Positions 18,598 to 27,832 of a stretch of 32,000 nucleotides of DNA are shown here, in pieces (positions within the stretch are counted from its first letter, which is position 1; each line of letters opens with the position of its first letter). The notes under the pieces are model-generated. The model ran no database searches and was not told where the DNA came from. It saw only the letters and a program-made list of their open reading frames with translations. Position numbers and translations under genes: made by a program. The DNA comes from Aliivibrio fischeri ES114. Lineage in GTDB: Bacteria; Pseudomonadota; Gammaproteobacteria; Enterobacterales; Vibrionaceae. The stretch lies in assembly GCF_000011805.1 (NCBI RefSeq), contig NC_006841.2; one strand, given 5' to 3'.

Positions 18598-20100
18598 ATG
18601 CGACAGTCAAAAAGTATTATTAGACAGAGCCATTTTCTTGGAACAAAAATTCGTAATCTGAGAAAACGCAATCACTTAACGATGGAAGATCTTTCTACTC
18701 GGTGTATTCGAGTGGATCCTGAAAACTCTCCATCAGTCTCGTACCTTTCTATGATCGAAAGAGGAAAGCGTGTTCCTAGCGCTGATATGCTTGAAGTGAT
18801 TGCAACCGTATTTCAAAAAGAAAGCAGTTGGTTTTTAGATAATGAGCCCGAGCCACAAGCGATAACACCTGATAAAGGAAGAAAAGGCGGGATTAGTGGA
18901 ATGGTTCTTGAACCAAGTTTTCTTTTTTCCAATGACATTCTTCAAATTGCAATTCCAGAAATGCTTAATCAAACAGGTGTGACAGGAAGGCAATTTGCTC
19001 ATCTTCTTATACGGGCACACCAAGAAAATAACCAAAATCATTTCCCTGATCTAGAGCGGGCAGCAGAAGAGGTGGGGTTAAAGCAATTGCCTCTGAGCGT
19101 TGAACAAATGATGGATATGGCATTAAAGCATGGGTTAGTTTTAAAGTGGGTGAAGGAAACACCAAAGGCTGTTATTGATGAATTTGGTGTTAATGGAAAA
19201 GAGTTGCTGACCTCTTTTTTTGAACCTCCTTCTACGGTTTATTTAAATGAGATGCTAAAACAGCATTCAACAAGATTGAAATATGATTTAGCCGTTTATA
19301 TTGGCCATTGCGTTTTACATAATAAAGAAGGATTAAAAAGTTCGCTATCTGTAGGAAGTCACCGAGTTTTTGATGAAGAAGTCCATCACACAGACAGTGC
19401 TCTGAATGCACAAGATATACTGCATGCATGGCGTGATTTTGAATCGAGTTTTTTTGCTGGAGCTCTGTTGTGTCCTAAAGTGCCATTTAGACAATTACTT
19501 GACCGGTATGGATATGAAGTTGAGGCTCATCGTTTAGCTGGTGTTTCTCCTTCTGTTGCGATGCGAAGAATGACGGTTGTTTCACCTTATCCTCATTGGC
19601 ATTATTTTGATGCTTATGCTCCAGGAAAACTTAAAGCTGTATACAGAGGTAATGGGATCCCTTTGCCATGGGGTAATATGAAGCAGGTTAGTGACCCATG
19701 TCAGCATTGGGCGGTATTTAGACGATTAACTGAGCCTAAAGAGGGCAGTTCTGCTCAAATTTCGATTTTAAATGTAGGGTCAGAGCCACGAATATATTGC
19801 TGTGAATCAATAAATATGACAGATCCTGCAGGTAATAATAGGGTGTTATGTGCTGGTGTAGATTTAAACCCAGCAATAGAAGCACAAGGTAAAGATGCAG
19901 TTGCTTTAGCTAGGGATCTACAGAAAGCATGTGTAAAAAATGGAGGAGAAAGTTCGATTTCGAAAAGTATTAAACGAGAGCTTATTAGTGTCGCTAAAAT
20001 TTTAAATATAAACTGGATTGAGCGTGGTGTAGAGAGTGATGCTAAAGTGATATGCTCTCGAGGGGCGGTTTGTCCTAGAAAACCTACTTGCTATAAATAA
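18598..20100 (+). CDS. XRE-type regulator of the RamB/PrpR-like (short-chain fatty acyl regulator, ScfR) class
   Basis: N-terminal HTH (LGTKIRNLRKRNHLTMEDLSTRC...SVSYLSMIERGKRVPSADMLEVIA), M78/IrrE-like middle lacking HEXXH (LKYDLAVYIGHCVLHN), C-terminal domain with Cys-rich tail CSRGAVCPRKPTCYK. Confidence 0.8.
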   Translation: MRQSKSIIRQSHFLGTKIRNLRKRNHLTMEDLSTRCIRVDPENSPSVSYLSMIERGKRVPSADMLEVIATVFQKESSWFLDNEPEPQAITPDKGRKGGISGMVLEPSFLFSNDILQIAIPEMLNQTGVTGRQFAHLLIRAHQENNQNHFPDLERAAEEVGLKQLPLSVEQMMDMALKHGLVLKWVKETPKAVIDEFGVNGKELLTSFFEPPSTVYLNEMLKQHSTRLKYDLAVYIGHCVLHNKEGLKSSLSVGSHRVFDEEVHHTDSALNAQDILHAWRDFESSFFAGALLCPKVPFRQLLDRYGYEVEAHRLAGVSPSVAMRRMTVVSPYPHWHYFDAYAPGKLKAVYRGNGIPLPWGNMKQVSDPCQHWAVFRRLTEPKEGSSAQISILNVGSEPRIYCCESINMTDPAGNNRVLCAGVDLNPAIEAQGKDAVALARDLQKACVKNGGESSISKSIKRELISVAKILNINWIERGVESDAKVICSRGAVCPRKPTCYK

Positions 20101-20128
20101 TAGCCGTTACTGATTGATTTAACGGCTA
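20101..20128. terminator. bidirectional terminator-like hairpin
   Basis: TAGCCGTTA-N10-TAACGGCTA followed by TTTTTAA, between convergent genes at 20100 and 20138. Confidence 0.75.
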
Positions 20129-20137
20129 TTTTTAATT

Positions 20138-21238
20138 TTAGCTATACTGATATACTAAGTAAGATAATCCAGATTCTGTATTGTAAAATAAGGATACATC
20201 GTCATCTATTGGAAATAATAAAATGTTTAACCCAGTTGTGGGATATTGAAATAAGTTTTTATATGCAACCGCTTTTTTAGGATCAGATATAGAGCCAACA
20301 TAACTTGCACAGTCACCTTCATTGCACTCAAGGAAAGGTTTTTCCGGTTCTCTAGTGTATGAGCATTGTCCTGCAAACCCAGTTTCATCAATAACAATAG
20401 ATACTTTATTATAAACGTATTTATTATTTCTTTGCTTCAAGTTGTAATTAGCAATTACTTGTCCACTGTAATAATTATCATTTTCACTTTTGACTCCTAT
20501 TCGGGCTGCATAGTTAAATCGAATAGGGTTTGTATTTAATTCATCTTTATACATTGTTTCTGCGAACTTAACATCTTGAATATATTGAGTTATAACAGTA
20601 TTTGATTCATTGTTTTGTAAAAATATAATTTTATTGTATGTTAAATCACAGTGCGTTCCAATTTGTCGACAAGCTGATATGTTTAAGTTATTTGGTTGTC
20701 GGTTTATGTAATAAGTTGTGTTACTTCTTAAAACAGTTGGATCAAAGATAAATGGTAGCGAATCACTTGTTTGAAATACATTTGGCATTAACTCTTCTAT
20801 TTTTATTTCATCACTGCTTTTCGTATTTAATATATGTTTTTCAAAAGCGACTAGAGATAAACAAAAGGAAATAATAATAGTAATTGATAAAAACAAATGA
20901 TTCTTATTTAGCTTTCTTTTTTCGAAAAAAGTACCGTTAACATCTGCTTTATAGCCTTTTTTCTTAACAGTTTCAATTAGATATATTTCATTGTAGTGTA
21001 ATTTTTTGCGTAAAACTGAAATCGTCTGTGGTACAACACCTATATTGCTTGCTGTTCCTTCCCAAACATGAGTAAAGATTTCATCTTTTGAGAAAACCTT
21101 ATTTGGAGAGGTTAAAAGTAATTTTAAAATTTTTGATTCACTATGAGTCAGCTTGATTGTGCAATCGTTCTTAATTATTTGGTTTGTTTTTGGATTAAAC
21201 GTTATATCTTTAAATCGTATAAGATTTTTATTGAGCAT
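20138..21238 (-). CDS. ToxR/CadC-like membrane-bound winged-helix regulator, paralogue of 3794..4957
   Basis: Winged helix (CTIKLTHSESKILKLLLTSPNKVFSKDEIFTHVWEG...VVPQTISVLRKKLHYNEIYLIETVKKKGYKAD), TM (LFLSITIIISFCLSLVAF), periplasmic domain alignable to the 3794..4957 product. Confidence 0.85.
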   Translation of the reverse strand: MLNKNLIRFKDITFNPKTNQIIKNDCTIKLTHSESKILKLLLTSPNKVFSKDEIFTHVWEGTASNIGVVPQTISVLRKKLHYNEIYLIETVKKKGYKADVNGTFFEKRKLNKNHLFLSITIIISFCLSLVAFEKHILNTKSSDEIKIEELMPNVFQTSDSLPFIFDPTVLRSNTTYYINRQPNNLNISACRQIGTHCDLTYNKIIFLQNNESNTVITQYIQDVKFAETMYKDELNTNPIRFNYAARIGVKSENDNYYSGQVIANYNLKQRNNKYVYNKVSIVIDETGFAGQCSYTREPEKPFLECNEGDCASYVGSISDPKKAVAYKNLFQYPTTGLNILLFPIDDDVSLFYNTESGLSYLVYQYS

Positions 21239-21667
21239 TATGTAACCTAAGAGAAGGAAACTGAAAAACTAAAAGGATTATTAATATTATTGTTGTTATA
21301 ACAGCAAGCATATCAAGAAAGAAACTTCATTATCAATAAATAAACCAAAATCAACCATGAATGTTTTCTATTGTTACGATAAAAAAAGCAAATCATTTAA
21401 CCTTTTGATTTAAAAGGAGTTGTTTTTGTTGTGGTAATATTAAGAATAATTATTCTCACTTATTGTCAGTTTACACAAAAATTATCAATATAATTATCGA
21501 GGAAAAGAATTACATGTTGGTTTTTGGTGAGGATTATTATTTCAATAAAATAATAAAAATATAAAGATGTGTATGAGGTGTTAAGATAAATGAAAATGGC
21601 ACTTATATTATGATTTAGTATGAGATGAAAATATAAGTACCATTATTAATTTAATTAAAGGTTGGTT

Positions 21668-23584
21668 TTATTCATCAATATCATCTGCATAACCTTTTGG
21701 TGGCGGAGTCCAAGCTCGTTCAGATTGATTGTGTTTATCTGAGCGATCCTTACTCATTGCGTGTTTAATCGTTCCTTCTAATTCAATGAAAAGCTTACGG
21801 TAGTTATTATCAAAACGCTCACCTTCAGAATCGTCTAACCATGCTTGATAAAGTTTATCTGAACTTTGATTTTCTACTTTTTTGTATGCTATTTTTTGTT
21901 GCTCTACATGAAACGGGTGTTGTCCTAGATTACGCATGGCTTCAGCACCCATTTCAAGTGCTGAGCGGGTGGTTTCTGATTCAATGAAATCAGCACCAGC
22001 ACAACGAAGCATATATGAGTGGCCTCTATCAAAAGCACGTGCGAGTATTTTTACTTTTGGATACGTGTGCTTGACGTATTTAACCAGTTCTATACTGCTT
22101 TCTTGATTATCAATAGCTACAACAAGCATGGCAGCGTGCTCAATTCCTGCTGTGTGAAGTAAATCAGGGCGAGTTGCATCGCCAAAGTAACTTTTGGTAT
22201 TTACTTTTCTTAAAGAATCGACTTGATCTGCTTGATGATCGAGTACAACAGTATTTACATGATTAGATACTAAGAAACGGTTGACGACTTGGCCGAACCG
22301 ACCGCCACCAGCAATAATTACCGTGCCTTTTTCTTCAATTGTGTCACTTTCTCTTTCATTTGATTGTTGTTCAAATTTAGGCAGAATTACTTTATCAAAT
22401 AAGATAAATAAACCTGGGGTAAAGAACATAGAAAGAGCAACAACCAATGACAATGGTTGAGCGACTTCTTGTGGTAATACATGGTTTTGAACGGTAAAAC
22501 TTAATAAAACAAACCCAAATTCCCCTGCTTGCGCTAGGCTAAGCGTAAATAACCAACGGTTACTGTTTTTGATCTTAAAGATCAGAGCTAATATATATAA
22601 AACAGCCGCTTTTAGTACCATGACACCGATTGTTAAACCGATGATTAAGAAGAAATCATTAAATAGAATACCAAAATCGATTCCTGCACCTACGGTAATG
22701 AAGAATAATCCCAATAAAAGCCCTTTAAATGGATCTATGTTGGATTCAAGTTCATGTCTAAATTCTGAGTTTGCTAAAACAACACCAGCAAGGAAAGTAC
22801 CTAGAGCTGGAGATAGGCCGACTAAACTCATTAAGGCTGCAATACCAATAACAAGCATGAGTGCTGTTGCTGTGAATATTTCTCTAAGTCCAGAGCTTGC
22901 TACAAAGCGAAATAGAGGACGACTTAAATAATGACCGCCAACGACAACTAATGCGATGGATGCGGTAATCACTAGCCCATATGCCCAACCAGGAAGACCT
23001 GCAACGAGGGTTAATTCTTCATGATGCTCAGCAGCGGTTGCGGCTGCCAATTGCGCTTTTGCTACTAATTCAGGTAAAGCTAATAGTGGAATAAAAGCTA
23101 GCATTGGGATCACAGCAATATCTTGAAAAAGTAATACCGAGAAAGCATTTTGGCCGCCTTCTGTTTTGGCCAATCCTTTTTCATTGAATGTTTGCAATAC
23201 TATCGCTGTGGATGATAGGGCAAAGATTAGGCCAATGGTCAGTGCAATAGTCCATGATTGGCCGAAGAACATAGCAAGACCCATTACGACCGCTGTAGTG
23301 CCGACCACTTGCAGTCCTCCTAATCCCATGAGACGGTTACGCATATTCCATAGCATTTTAGGTTCAAGTTCTAAACCGACAAGAAATAGCATCATAACAA
23401 CGCCAAATTCGGCAAAATGTTGAATAGTCGTTGTTTCTTCGCCAACAAGACCAATGATTGGTCCTATAACCACCCCTGCAATTAAGTAACCAAGAACAGA
23501 ACCAAGTCCTAGACGTTTAGCGATTGGTACAGCAATAACAGCAGCAACAAGGTAGATAAAAGCTTGTAAAAAATATCCAGTCAT
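21668..23584 (-). CDS. KefB/KefC-type monovalent cation:proton antiporter (CPA2) with TrkA-N domain
   Basis: N-terminal Na/H exchanger fold (LGYLIAGVVIGP, FGVVMMLFLVGLEL, FALSSTAIVLQ) and cytosolic TrkA-N domain (TVIIAGGGRFGQVVNRFL...TKSYFGDATRPDLLHTAG). Confidence 0.95.
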   Translation of the reverse strand: MTGYFLQAFIYLVAAVIAVPIAKRLGLGSVLGYLIAGVVIGPIIGLVGEETTTIQHFAEFGVVMMLFLVGLELEPKMLWNMRNRLMGLGGLQVVGTTAVVMGLAMFFGQSWTIALTIGLIFALSSTAIVLQTFNEKGLAKTEGGQNAFSVLLFQDIAVIPMLAFIPLLALPELVAKAQLAAATAAEHHEELTLVAGLPGWAYGLVITASIALVVVGGHYLSRPLFRFVASSGLREIFTATALMLVIGIAALMSLVGLSPALGTFLAGVVLANSEFRHELESNIDPFKGLLLGLFFITVGAGIDFGILFNDFFLIIGLTIGVMVLKAAVLYILALIFKIKNSNRWLFTLSLAQAGEFGFVLLSFTVQNHVLPQEVAQPLSLVVALSMFFTPGLFILFDKVILPKFEQQSNERESDTIEEKGTVIIAGGGRFGQVVNRFLVSNHVNTVVLDHQADQVDSLRKVNTKSYFGDATRPDLLHTAGIEHAAMLVVAIDNQESSIELVKYVKHTYPKVKILARAFDRGHSYMLRCAGADFIESETTRSALEMGAEAMRNLGQHPFHVEQQKIAYKKVENQSSDKLYQAWLDDSEGERFDNNYRKLFIELEGTIKHAMSKDRSDKHNQSERAWTPPPKGYADDIDE

Positions 23585-23591
23585 AATGCTT

Positions 23592-24209
23592 TTATTCCTT
23601 AATAAATTTATCGAATGAGTGGTTTAGTTTGGGTAACGTTTTTGCTACCTCAGTATCAACACGATTTTCAATTAATGCGGACAGTAAGACTTTAAAGCGC
23701 TCAGTATGTCTTTCAATACGGTCATCTTCTAACGCGGTTCTAGCGCCAAATAGCACTAATGGAGCGATATACTCCATATGAGTTAGTGAGGCCATCTGTT
23801 CAAGCGGATGTAGGAGTTCACGGATAGTGAATTGATTATATCCATTGGTTTGATAAGCCTCTTCCTTACCTCCAGCAGTGATAGCACATAGAAAGGTTTT
23901 TCCTTTTAGTGCATTACCGTCTGTACCATAAGCAAAACCGTACTCTAAAACCATATCTTGCCACTCTTTTAAAATAGCTGGGGTTGAGTACCAATAAAGC
24001 GGAAATTGAAAGATAATAACATCATGATCTAAAAGTTGTTTTTGTTCTTTATCGATATCAATATTGAATTTTGGATAATCATGGTACAAATCGACAACAG
24101 TGACATGCTCAATTTTTTTAGCTTGTTTAATTAATGCCACATTAACTTCAGAGCGGTGTTGAGAAGGATGAGCGAATAAAATCAGTACTTTTTTAGCCGG
24201 GCTTGTCAT
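23592..24209 (-). CDS. KefF/KefG-type NAD(P)H oxidoreductase (antiporter ancillary protein)
   Basis: VLILFAHPSQHRSEVN...VTVVDLYHDYPKFNIDIDKEQKQLLDHDVIIFQFPLYWYSTPAILKEWQDMVLEYGFAYG; directly upstream of the Kef-type antiporter. Confidence 0.92.
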   Translation of the reverse strand: MTSPAKKVLILFAHPSQHRSEVNVALIKQAKKIEHVTVVDLYHDYPKFNIDIDKEQKQLLDHDVIIFQFPLYWYSTPAILKEWQDMVLEYGFAYGTDGNALKGKTFLCAITAGGKEEAYQTNGYNQFTIRELLHPLEQMASLTHMEYIAPLVLFGARTALEDDRIERHTERFKVLLSALIENRVDTEVAKTLPKLNHSFDKFIKE

Positions 24210-24324
24210 AAAACCTCTTTGTATTATTTAAGTTATTGTATTTATGTTTACATGATAGCAAGAAAATATAATAGAAATGTTTTTCAGCTTGTAAATTTTG
24301 CATAAATTATAACAATTAGGGTGT

Positions 24325-24654
24325 TTAATGTACGTGAGGCGTAGATGATAGGTTAATTATCGCAATGCCAATACTGATAAATCCAATACCTAACCAAATT
24401 TTATTGTCTAAATGTTGATGATAAAATGCACTTGAAATCAGCGTTACCGCAATGATTGCTAATCCCGCCCATGATGCGTGAGCAATTCCTACAGGTAATG
24501 TCTTCATTGCTTGACTAAGAAAATAAAAAGCACCTAGATGACCAGTAATTACAATGACATTTGGTATTAGGTGTGAAAGACCATCGGTTGCTTTAAGTGC
24601 AACGTGTGAAAATGCTTCTGAAGCAACTGCAAGAAGAAGAAAAAGCCATCCCAT
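24325..24654 (-). CDS. small multidrug resistance (SMR) family transporter
   Basis: 109 aa with four TM segments and SMR pattern WLFLLLAVASEAFSHVALKATDG...IAHASWAGLAIIAVT. Confidence 0.88.
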   Translation of the reverse strand: MGWLFLLLAVASEAFSHVALKATDGLSHLIPNVIVITGHLGAFYFLSQAMKTLPVGIAHASWAGLAIIAVTLISSAFYHQHLDNKIWLGIGFISIGIAIINLSSTPHVH

Positions 24655-24812
24655 TTTATTAATTCCTATTTAGCGGTGTTGGTAAGTAGGTGTAGTATAG
24701 TTATTTCAAATTTAATGATAATAGCTAATAGAATTAATTACTTTTACGTGAGTGTAATAATAGGTGGATTGAAGAGGAGTCGGCTCAATATTAATGATAT
24801 TGAGCCTAATTT

Positions 24813-25220
24813 TTAGAAGAAGTTAATTGAGCGACGACCACTCTCAGGATCAACGGTGGTTGGTTGATCTTGTTTTTGTTTTTTCTTCTTAGTTTTTTTG
24901 GTCTTTGGAGCTGAATACTCAGGTTCGATTTGAGCTGGTTGAGGATTTTCTTCAATTTCAGGTAGCTCACCAACAGGAGTGTCACAAATTACAACGTAGT
25001 ATTCTTCATTGAATTCAATGACATCGCCATCATACATTTTTCGACGTTTACGTTGTTCTAGTTCACCATTAACGCCAACATAGCCTTCGCCAATAACATG
25101 TTTAGCTTCACCGCCACCACTAACAACGTTAGCAATTTTTAGGACTTTATATAGCTCGATAGGTTGAACATTCACTTCAACACCAATGGCTTCAACTTCA
25201 AATTCTTCTTGATCTGACAT
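24813..25220 (-). CDS. S4-domain RNA-binding protein, YbcJ/YaaA-like, with Lys-rich C-terminal extension
   Basis: IELYKVLKIANVVSGGGEAKHVIGEGYVGVNGELEQRKRRKMYDGDVIEF; tail KTKKTKKKKQKQ. Start chosen at the ATG at 25220 (MSDQEEFEV). Confidence 0.85.
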   Translation of the reverse strand: MSDQEEFEVEAIGVEVNVQPIELYKVLKIANVVSGGGEAKHVIGEGYVGVNGELEQRKRRKMYDGDVIEFNEEYYVVICDTPVGELPEIEENPQPAQIEPEYSAPKTKKTKKKKQKQDQPTTVDPESGRRSINFF

Positions 25221-25352
25221 GAGGATCTCTATGATTAGCAATTACACATATTGTAACTGAGAGCGTAAGTGTCGCCTAGGGCTATTTTCAGAAGAGTCAG
25301 GACTTAGTAAAGTAAAAACGGTGCTGTATTATTAGCACCGTTTTATTAAGAG

Positions 25353-26501
25353 TTAATCAACTATTTCAACATCTGTTTTAGGAACAGAGCAACAAGCCAG
25401 TATCATTCCTGCCTCTTTTAATTTTTGATTAAGAGCTGGGGAATCTTCTTGCTCAACCTCTCCTGATTCTAATGTTACTCGACAAGCACCACATAAACCG
25501 GCACGACAGCTGTTATTTATGCTTAATCCTGCCTCTTCGACTTGCATAAGGAGCGGTTGCTCCGTATTACCCGTGAATAAGTGACCATTTAAGCTGATAG
25601 TGATTTCTTCTGGAGTATCCGGTTTTTTACTTGTGTGTGTGATTGCTTTTTCCTCTAGTGCTTCAGAGCTAGAATCAAGGTAAAATTCTTTTTCTTTACT
25701 TTCTAAAACCTCAATCTTATCACCTAGCTTAATTGTGCCTTCATTTTTGGCAATGAGGTTTTGCCCAAAATACACATTGCCACTTTCATCAGCGCGGAAA
25801 GTTGAGAACGTTTTTAAAGGTTCTTTATCTGGGTGATATTGTGCCGTTCTTGGGTTTACTGTTGTTAAAATGCAACGTTGGCAAGGTTTTACTATTTCAA
25901 ATTCGACTTCACCAATGCGAATACGCTTCCAAGAATCTTCAATAAAAGCATCATCACCAGAAATCACTAAGTTTGTGCGAAATTGCGACATTGTATGATG
26001 GCTACTACTGCGCTTATTTAGTTCTGCAAGAGAGGCTTCGCTAATGACAAGCAATGGATAACCATCGGCAAAGCTCACGTTTGTTTGGATTTTTTCACGG
26101 ATACGATTTGATTGCTCACCAGTATAAAGTAATTGCGCATCTGTTGATAAAATTGAAGAGAACCATTGATTAGCTTCTTGATTCGTTGAGTAGGCAGAAA
26201 AAGAGTCATTCCATACTTTTGCTTCTGTCTGCTTCATCTCTAATTCATTGAAAGTGAGATGCAAATCAATTAATCCTGGATAGCAAAGAATTAGGCCATC
26301 AGGTTCAATGATCGCACTGATTTTAACCATTTGAGGATGAGTGCGAGCGGTGATCATTTTGCCATTAGGGTCGGTAACCATAAAGCGACGGTCACACTGT
26401 AGTCCTTGCTTTTCAACGTAAGCGCTAGATTGAGATACACCAGCAATTGATTTAACAGGGAAAATATTAATTTGAGATAAAGTTGAAATTGTTTTGCTCA
26501 C
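25353..26501 (-). CDS. ycbX: MOSC-domain protein with C-terminal 2Fe-2S ferredoxin domain (YcbX-like)
   Basis: LSQINIFPVKSIAGV...LQCDRRFMVTDPNGKMITARTHPQMV...VKPCQRCILTTVNPRT; C-terminal CRAGLCGACRVTLESGEVEQED...ACCSVPKTDVEI. The GTG at 26501 (VSKTISTL) fits the family N-terminus better than the listed start at 26564. Confidence 0.92.
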   Translation of the reverse strand: MSKTISTLSQINIFPVKSIAGVSQSSAYVEKQGLQCDRRFMVTDPNGKMITARTHPQMVKISAIIEPDGLILCYPGLIDLHLTFNELEMKQTEAKVWNDSFSAYSTNQEANQWFSSILSTDAQLLYTGEQSNRIREKIQTNVSFADGYPLLVISEASLAELNKRSSSHHTMSQFRTNLVISGDDAFIEDSWKRIRIGEVEFEIVKPCQRCILTTVNPRTAQYHPDKEPLKTFSTFRADESGNVYFGQNLIAKNEGTIKLGDKIEVLESKEKEFYLDSSSEALEEKAITHTSKKPDTPEEITISLNGHLFTGNTEQPLLMQVEEAGLSINNSCRAGLCGACRVTLESGEVEQEDSPALNQKLKEAGMILACCSVPKTDVEIVD

Positions 26502-26575
26502 AATGATGTCCGTATTATATGTGTTATGGAAATAAGGAGTGTACCAAAAGTACTTGAGATACACTCTTTCAATGA

Positions 26576-27832
26576 TTAAGTCATTTGGAAAGAAGTAAAA
26601 TTAACGGTAGTTATAAAGTCTTTCTCTGTTTGTTCTATGGTGAATGCCCAGTTCATTCTTTCACAAATACGTTCAACAATAACTAGGCCACAACCATATC
26701 CTGCATTATAGGTATCATTGCCATCGTGGCAGTTGGTAATGCAAAGTTGGTTGTTATTAAGCTCTATTTGAATGTCTCCTACACTGTAACTGAAAGCATT
26801 CTTGATTAAGTTATTTATCACAACGGTAATGAAGCTACTAGGAGCAAGACAAGGCTCTCCTTCAATAATTGAAAGTTGTGCTCCCATCTCTTGTTTTGCG
26901 AATAAAGGCTGTAAATGATTGAGCTGGGTTTTTAGAATATCTTCAATTTTATAATGATGAAAATGATGCGCTTCAATGTCTTGTTTACCTAAAAGCAAAA
27001 AGGTTTCTGTAAGCAGTGTCATCTCTTCACTGGCTTGATGTAAGCGATTAATTGCTTTTAGAGCAACATTTGGTTGATTTGGCACTTTTGCTAATAAGTC
27101 AGCAGAGCCTTGGATTACCATTATTGGTGTTCTTAATTCATGAGAAGCAAAGCGACTGAACTCTTTCTCTCTCGTAAAGAATTGAGCAATATGATGTTTG
27201 CTTTCTAAAAGAGAACGTTCAATCTCTTGGGTTTCTTGATATTTAGTATCAATAGTAAAGTCTGGGTGTTCGGGAGACATTAATCCTACTTTGTGTTGGA
27301 TATGACGAAGTGGCACCGAGATACTGCGAACAAAATAAATACCATATAAGATCATTAATATGGTTGATATAGTACCTAAGAAGAGAGTCAATGTGTGTAG
27401 GTTTGCCTCGTATTCATCTAAATAGTCATCTGCATCATCTTGAAAAAGTATATACAGTAGTCCCTTACCAGAAGGATGTGGACTAACGATAAAGTGCTTA
27501 TCTTCTGTGCCTAAAAGTTGCTCATATAGACCTGCTTTTTTATAGTTATTTAGCCAAAGAGGGTGCTCTCTTTCACTCCAATACGTAGAAAACTCATCTT
27601 CATTAGGTAATGGTGTATCTTCACCTAGTTGTGCGTATTTTTTGATGTATTGGTTTGCTTCTGTGTCTAACCAGTGATGTAAGCTAATGATCTCTAATTG
27701 ATCTTCTGCAATATAAATAACCGCCCAGAATAATCCGAACATCAAAAAAGTGAGGATGCCAAATGTCCAACGGATTTTTTTAAAAAAGCTTGGTTGTTGC
27801 GAGCCTTTATTTAAGTCGGTAGCCTTTTCCAT
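26576..27832 (-). CDS. sensor histidine kinase
   Basis: Two TM segments, HAMP-like linker, H-box FSRFASHELRTPIMVIQGSADLLA, N-box VINNLIKNAFSY and short G-rich segment GYGCGLVIVERICERM. Confidence 0.93.
   Translation of the reverse strand: MEKATDLNKGSQQPSFFKKIRWTFGILTFLMFGLFWAVIYIAEDQLEIISLHHWLDTEANQYIKKYAQLGEDTPLPNEDEFSTYWSEREHPLWLNNYKKAGLYEQLLGTEDKHFIVSPHPSGKGLLYILFQDDADDYLDEYEANLHTLTLFLGTISTILMILYGIYFVRSISVPLRHIQHKVGLMSPEHPDFTIDTKYQETQEIERSLLESKHHIAQFFTREKEFSRFASHELRTPIMVIQGSADLLAKVPNQPNVALKAINRLHQASEEMTLLTETFLLLGKQDIEAHHFHHYKIEDILKTQLNHLQPLFAKQEMGAQLSIIEGEPCLAPSSFITVVINNLIKNAFSYSVGDIQIELNNNQLCITNCHDGNDTYNAGYGCGLVIVERICERMNWAFTIEQTEKDFITTVNFTSFQMT

Noticed and set aside
20138-21238. Idea that the ToxR-like proteins are true toxR
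   Set aside because: No adjacent toxS and the periplasmic domain does not resemble what I recall of ToxR; left without a gene symbol.
22569-23423. 120-aa and 85-aa plus-strand ORFs
   Set aside because: Antisense to the Kef-type antiporter coding sequence, with no family signature.
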